Assembly (NCBI GenBank): GCA_965249175.1
Contig: OZ252227.1
Location: 2,299,699-2,363,698, forward strand
Origin: Vicinamibacterales bacterium
Lineage (GTDB): Bacteria > Acidobacteriota > Vicinamibacteria > Vicinamibacterales > UBA8438
Direction of reading: 5' to 3'
DNA length: 64,000 nt
Shown: in pieces, positions 59,544 through 64,000 of the stretch
Layout of the letters: each line of letters opens with the position of its first letter
Numbering within the stretch: position 1 is the first letter of the stretch
Notes under the pieces: model-generated
Databases searched by the model: none
What the model saw: only the letters and a program-made list of their open reading frames with translations
What the model was told of the DNA's origin: nothing
Program-made: the position numbers and the translations under genes

Positions 59544-60790
59544 GGCGGTCTCATGTGAACGACGCAACATCTCGGCGATCATCCGAGCCACGGGTTCGGA
59601 GGGAGGCCAGATGCGACGTCGACGAGGCGACCATGGCAGGCGACTGAGCCACGCAGACCACGTGGAGATCCAGCGGCGGGTCACCGAGGGCGAGACGTTC
59701 GCGAGCGCGGCGGCGGCGGTCGGCTGTTCGACCAAGTCCATCCAGCGGTTCATGGCGCGCACGGGCGGCCTGATGCCGCGAGCGCGCGCGCGTGCGCCGC
59801 TGCGGTTGTCTCTGGCTGACCGCGAGGAACTGTCGCGCGGGTTGCAGGCCGGCGAGTCGTTCCGCCAGATCGCCGCCCGGCTCGGGAGAGCGGTCTCGAC
59901 GATCTCCCGGGAAGTGGCCTGGAACGGCCATCGCGCGACCTATCGCGCCTGGCGGGCCGAACAGACGGCCGCCCGGCGGGCGCGACGACCCAAGCCGGAG
60001 AAGTTGGCGACCTATCCCCGACTGTGTCGGTACGTCGCGCGGCGGCTCCGCGCGCGCTGGTCGCCGCAACAGATCGCGGCACGGCTCGTCTGTGACTATC
60101 CTGATGATCGCGAGATGCGCGTGTCGCACGAGACGATCTACCGGTCACTGTTCGTGCAGGCCCGCGGAGCGCTCCGGAAAGAGCTCACCACGTGCCTGCG
60201 TACCGGGCGCACGCAGCGACGCGCGCACAAGCGCACGGAGCATTCCGGTACCGGCCGCCTCCGCCACATGGTCATGATCAGCGATCGTCCCGCCACGGTG
60301 GCGGACCGCGCCGTGCCCGGGCACTGGGAGGGCGACCTCGTCATGGGCAAGGGCGGGCGCTCCGCGATCGGGACGCTCGTCGAACGCTCGAGTCGCTATG
60401 TGGTGTTGTTGCCTCTCCCCAACGGCCGGACGGCCGACGAGGTGCGCCGGGCACTCACCCGGCAGCTGTCTAAACTTCCGGCGGAGCTTCGCCGGACGCT
60501 CACCTGGGACCAGGGGAAGGAGATGGCCGCACACGCGCAGTTCACGATCGACACGCAGATCGCCGTCTTCTTCTGCGACCCACACAGCCCCTGGCAGCGG
60601 GGCAGCAACGAGAACAGCAACGGCCTGCTCCGGCAATACTTCCCCAAGACCGCCGACCTGAGCGTCTACACACGAACCGAATTGAATGCGGTGGCGCGCC
60701 AGCTCAATAATCGACCTCGCGCAACGTTAGGGTGGTTGAAACCGTCCGAAGTGTTTAGCCGTTTTGTTGCGTCGACCAGTTGAGGCCGCC
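59544..60790 (+). mobile_element. IS30-family element
   Basis: IR GGCGGTCTCA..GACGCAACA/TGTTGCGTC..TGAGGCCGCC. Confidence 0.9.
59611..60783 (+). CDS. IS30 transposase
   Basis: STISREV, WSPQQI, SHETIY, GHWEGDL, TWDQGKE, PWQRGSNEN, LNNRPR. Confidence 0.95.
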   Translation: MRRRRGDHGRRLSHADHVEIQRRVTEGETFASAAAAVGCSTKSIQRFMARTGGLMPRARARAPLRLSLADREELSRGLQAGESFRQIAARLGRAVSTISREVAWNGHRATYRAWRAEQTAARRARRPKPEKLATYPRLCRYVARRLRARWSPQQIAARLVCDYPDDREMRVSHETIYRSLFVQARGALRKELTTCLRTGRTQRRAHKRTEHSGTGRLRHMVMISDRPATVADRAVPGHWEGDLVMGKGGRSAIGTLVERSSRYVVLLPLPNGRTADEVRRALTRQLSKLPAELRRTLTWDQGKEMAAHAQFTIDTQIAVFFCDPHSPWQRGSNENSNGLLRQYFPKTADLSVYTRTELNAVARQLNNRPRATLGWLKPSEVFSRFVASTS

Positions 60791-60968
60791 CGGGCAAGAT
60801 CAACGCAACACAGCAGCTTTCTCCAGGCGTGGGCCTCCCACGGATCGACCGCATGCGATACGGACCGCCCAGGCCTCCGTATCTTACCGTCGACGGCAGT
60901 TTCGCGTCAGAGCCGCCAGTGTCAAGCCATCGCAGGATACTGACGCCCCTATCTGTCAAGAGATGCGT

Positions 60969-62057
60969 TTAGGCGGCCTGCGCGACCTGTTGGCGCATGC
61001 GGAAATCGGTCATGACACGTTGATAGATCTCGCGGGCGAGGAAGCGCTTCAGGCACCGGTTGATCTCGCGTCGGGTCTTGCCGTGCGCGGTCCGACGTGC
61101 GACGTAGTCGACGGTGGGCTGGTGGTGCCGCATGCGGACGATGACGGCTCGATAGAGGGCGGCATTGGCCTGGCGGTGGCCGCCCCGATAAAGGCGGTGC
61201 CGGCCAGTGTTCATCCCGGACGAGGCGGGGATCGGACACGCGCCGCAGAGCTTGGCGAAGGCAGCCTCCGAACGAATCCGGTCGGGGTTGTCGCCGAAGA
61301 GGATGAGCATCTCCGCCGCAGTGCCGGCGCCGACCCCGAAGCCCTCACGGAGGGTAGGCGACGTCTCGGTCGTGAGGCGCTCGAGGTGCCGGTCGTGCAT
61401 TGCCGTTTCTTCAGCGAGGGCGAGCCACCGGCGGGCGAGCGCCCGGAGGGTGTGCTTGACCGAGGCGGTGAGCGTGTCGATGGGGCCCGGTCGGAATCCG
61501 GCGCAGCGCGTGAGCAAGCGGTGGTCGGTGAGACCTTGGAGGGCTTCCCGCAGCGGTGGTGGCGCGTGCACGACGATCTGCTTGAGCGTGATCATCGCGG
61601 CGGTGCGCGCCTTCACCGCCGTATTCCGTGCAACTTTGAGCTGACGCATCATCTCGACGGCGCCATCCGCTGTCTTGGGGATCGCCGTCGATTGGCCGGC
61701 ACACACGGATCGTGCGGCAGCCTCAGCGTCGATCGTGTCGGACTTGCTAGCGGCTCGGCGCAGCCGCCGGTCGCCTCGATTGACTTCCACGACACGATGG
61801 CCCGCTCGCCGAACGGCACACGCCAGGCCGGCACCGTAGCTTCCGGTGCCTTCAATGCCAAACGCTCCGATCGGCCCGTGCGTGATGGCCCACTCAATGA
61901 GCGCCCGATAGCCACCGGAATCGGCGCCGAACGATCGATCGCTCAGGCGGATCCCGTAGGTATCGATCGCCACGGCGACATGGACGTGCTTGTGGGTATC
62001 GACGCCGACGATCACCTTTCGGGCATCGGGTTGGCTCGTTCTGCGGTTGTTGGTCAC
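60969..62057 (-). CDS. IS110 DEDD recombinase
   Basis: VGVDTHK, GIEGTGSYG, KSDTIDA, PIPASSG, GGHRQANAAL. Confidence 0.95.
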   Translation of the reverse strand: MTNNRRTSQPDARKVIVGVDTHKHVHVAVAIDTYGIRLSDRSFGADSGGYRALIEWAITHGPIGAFGIEGTGSYGAGLACAVRRAGHRVVEVNRGDRRLRRAASKSDTIDAEAAARSVCAGQSTAIPKTADGAVEMMRQLKVARNTAVKARTAAMITLKQIVVHAPPPLREALQGLTDHRLLTRCAGFRPGPIDTLTASVKHTLRALARRWLALAEETAMHDRHLERLTTETSPTLREGFGVGAGTAAEMLILFGDNPDRIRSEAAFAKLCGACPIPASSGMNTGRHRLYRGGHRQANAALYRAVIVRMRHHQPTVDYVARRTAHGKTRREINRCLKRFLAREIYQRVMTDFRMRQQVAQAA

Positions 62058-62079
62058 GGGGCGCCTCCTTGGGTTGCGG

Positions 62080-62295
62080 CTTGTGGCTGGCCCGGGTGGG
62101 CGGACAGGACTGTGACGAGCCGTGGTTGCAGCAGGCCCCTATTGGGTCACGGCCCATCCGGTCAGCTGGCTGCCGTACAAGTCGCCGGCGGGCGATGACC
62201 GACAGATCAGTGGCGAGGACCGTTAGTCAGTCAAGTTGAGGGTCAGGTCACCATCCACCGGCACCCGGCGGTGTCACCAAGCGACCCCGGCGGGC
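62080..62295 (-). ncRNA. Predicted bridge RNA (ends approximate)
   Basis: Two internal loops carrying four junction-matching segments. Confidence 0.7.
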
Positions 62296-62452
62296 AGTTG
62301 AATGATGCTCACAGTCAAGTTGGCGAAACTCCGATCGATCGACTCCGAATATATCGAGGTCGAGTTCGAACGCGAGCACAACGTGATGGGCCTGAGATTA
62401 GGGGGGTTGCCCGCAACTTTGACAGTGCCATCGGAGCGATTTCCGACGATCG

Positions 62453-63884
62453 GGGGATGTCCCAGTAGCTGTTGAAATTTGAAGCGGCGGCTCTTCACTG
62501 GTCGTGCTATACGACCGGTGACTAAACCGAGGTGCAAGCCTCCCAGCAAGGAGCCGCCATGAAGCAGCAGTCTCGCACAGTCACTCGTCGTCGCCAATCG
62601 GAATCCCCGTCGGTGCGCCACCTCCCGTTGGTCGAGATCCTGATGGATACCGAGGCTGAGCTCCAGGAGCTGGTCGTGGCCTCGGGCCTGAAGGTGCTCG
62701 AGGCCATGCTCGAAGAGGATCGGGCGGCGGTGTGTGGGCCACGGTATGCGCATCAAGCGGCGCGACGGGCGTACCGGGCCGGGCATGCCCCCAGTCAGGT
62801 CGTGTTGGGCGGGCGCAAGGTCGCGATTCGGCGCCCGCGTGCCCGCCGCGCCGGCACGGAGGTGCCGCTGCCGACCGTGCGGGCGTTCACGGATGCGGAC
62901 CCGCTGAACCGGCGGGTCGTCGACCAGAGGCTCATCGGCGTCGCGACCCGCCAGTATGCGCGGAGTCTCGAGCCGCTCGGCGCGGAGATCACCACGCGGG
63001 GCACGAGCAAGAGTGCGGTCAGTCGACGCTTTGTGGCGCAGACCCAGGCGCAGTTGGACGCGTGGCGCGCGACGCCGCTCGACAACCTCGACCTGGCCGT
63101 ACTGCTGATCGATGGGGTGCACGTCGGCAGCCATTGTATCGTGGTCGCCCTGGGCATCGATAAATCGGGCACCAACCATCCGCTTGGCCTCTGGGAAGGG
63201 GCCACCGAGAATGCGACGGTCTGTCAGGGGCTGTTGACCAATCTCATGAGCCGCGGACTTCGCACCGACCGGAGCCTCCTGGTGATCGTCGATGGGGCGA
63301 AGGCCCTCGACGCCGCGGTGACCCAGACGTTCGGCCGGGCGGCCGTCGTGCAACGGTGTCAAGTGCATAAGGGCCGGAACATCCTGGAGCATCTCCCCGA
63401 GGCGCAGCGTCCGTGGGTGCAGGCGATCCTCACGCGCGCCTATACGAACCGCCACGTCAAGACGGCGACGCGTCTGCTGCAGGACCTCGCGCGTCGCTTG
63501 GACACCGACTACCCGAGTGCAGCCGCCAGCGTGCGGGAAGGACTCGACGACACCCTGACCGTGCTCGGCCTGGGGCTGTCGGAGCGCCTCCAACGATCGC
63601 TCGCCACCACGAATGCCATTGAGAGTCTGCTCAGCCGCACCCGCCATGTGAAACGGAATGTGAAGCGTTGGCGCGGTGGGACGATGGTGCTGCGCTGGGT
63701 GGCCGCCGGGGTGCTCGAAGCGGCGAAGGGGTTCCGTCGGGTGAAAGGGTGCAAAGATATGCCGGCCCTCGTCGCGGCCCTCCGAGCGCGCGACGCGCGG
63801 CTGGGCCTCGGGGAGTCGTCAGCGATGGTTGCGTAGTCGTGAACCGAGCCGCCGCTGAGTTTCAACAGCGCACGGGACATCCCC
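62453..63884 (+). mobile_element. IS256 type D element
   Basis: IR GGGGATGTCCC/GGGACATCCCC, 8-bp duplication GACGATCG. Confidence 0.93.
62559..63836 (+). CDS. IS256 transposase
   Basis: LLIDGV, IVDGAKAL, QRCQVHK, ATTNAIES. Confidence 0.95.
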   Translation: MKQQSRTVTRRRQSESPSVRHLPLVEILMDTEAELQELVVASGLKVLEAMLEEDRAAVCGPRYAHQAARRAYRAGHAPSQVVLGGRKVAIRRPRARRAGTEVPLPTVRAFTDADPLNRRVVDQRLIGVATRQYARSLEPLGAEITTRGTSKSAVSRRFVAQTQAQLDAWRATPLDNLDLAVLLIDGVHVGSHCIVVALGIDKSGTNHPLGLWEGATENATVCQGLLTNLMSRGLRTDRSLLVIVDGAKALDAAVTQTFGRAAVVQRCQVHKGRNILEHLPEAQRPWVQAILTRAYTNRHVKTATRLLQDLARRLDTDYPSAAASVREGLDDTLTVLGLGLSERLQRSLATTNAIESLLSRTRHVKRNVKRWRGGTMVLRWVAAGVLEAAKGFRRVKGCKDMPALVAALRARDARLGLGESSAMVA

Positions 63885-64000
63885 GACGATCGTGAAACGG
63901 GCTGTATGAGCTCCGGGCGTGGTTTCACGCGCTCGACCTCTCGGATGGGGCTGCTGCCGGGCGGTTGGCGCGCCTCGCGACGCTCGAGTTTCTCGTGGCC

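Larger units (their letters stand above)
60944..62316 (-). mobile_element. IS110-family element (IS110 group, long left non-coding end)
   Basis: Boundaries inferred from guide-to-junction matches; TTGACA at the right end. Confidence 0.8.

Noticed and set aside
1-64000. CRISPR array or cas genes
   Set aside because: No regularly spaced repeat-spacer run and no Cas motifs; the repeats are IS copies or gene fragments.

Overview
High-GC, heavily IS-infested and gene-fragmented region; the kinase, VWA, PadR and DUF5916 content suggests an Acidobacteriota/Vicinamibacteria-like genome (inference). Close to half of the window is IS DNA: four IS256 types (six copies of one), IS3 x2, IS110/IS1111 x2, an IS1182/IS5-like element with a derived MITE, IS1595, IS200, an IS5 remnant, IS30 and an integrase-core element. 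The rest is prophage/island debris and single cargo genes. Highlights: (1) at least eight co-oriented 5' fragments and two 3' tails of Ser/Thr kinase genes punctuate the region and bracket unrelated cargo genes, and none keeps the catalytic loop, suggesting a kinase-shell cassette architecture; (2) an IS1111-type IS110 sits exactly in the ALKILP codons of one fragment, and its non-coding end carries readable bridge/seek-RNA guides matching that kinase target; (3) a second IS110 also has four readable guides; (4) a translationally coupled AlpA-ParB-IS91-like HUH module lies beside a P4-like integrase remnant; (5) a family of degenerate Fic-like repeats. No rRNA, complete tRNA or CRISPR array was seen. 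All calls were made by eye, and many +1 frameshifts may be sequencing errors.
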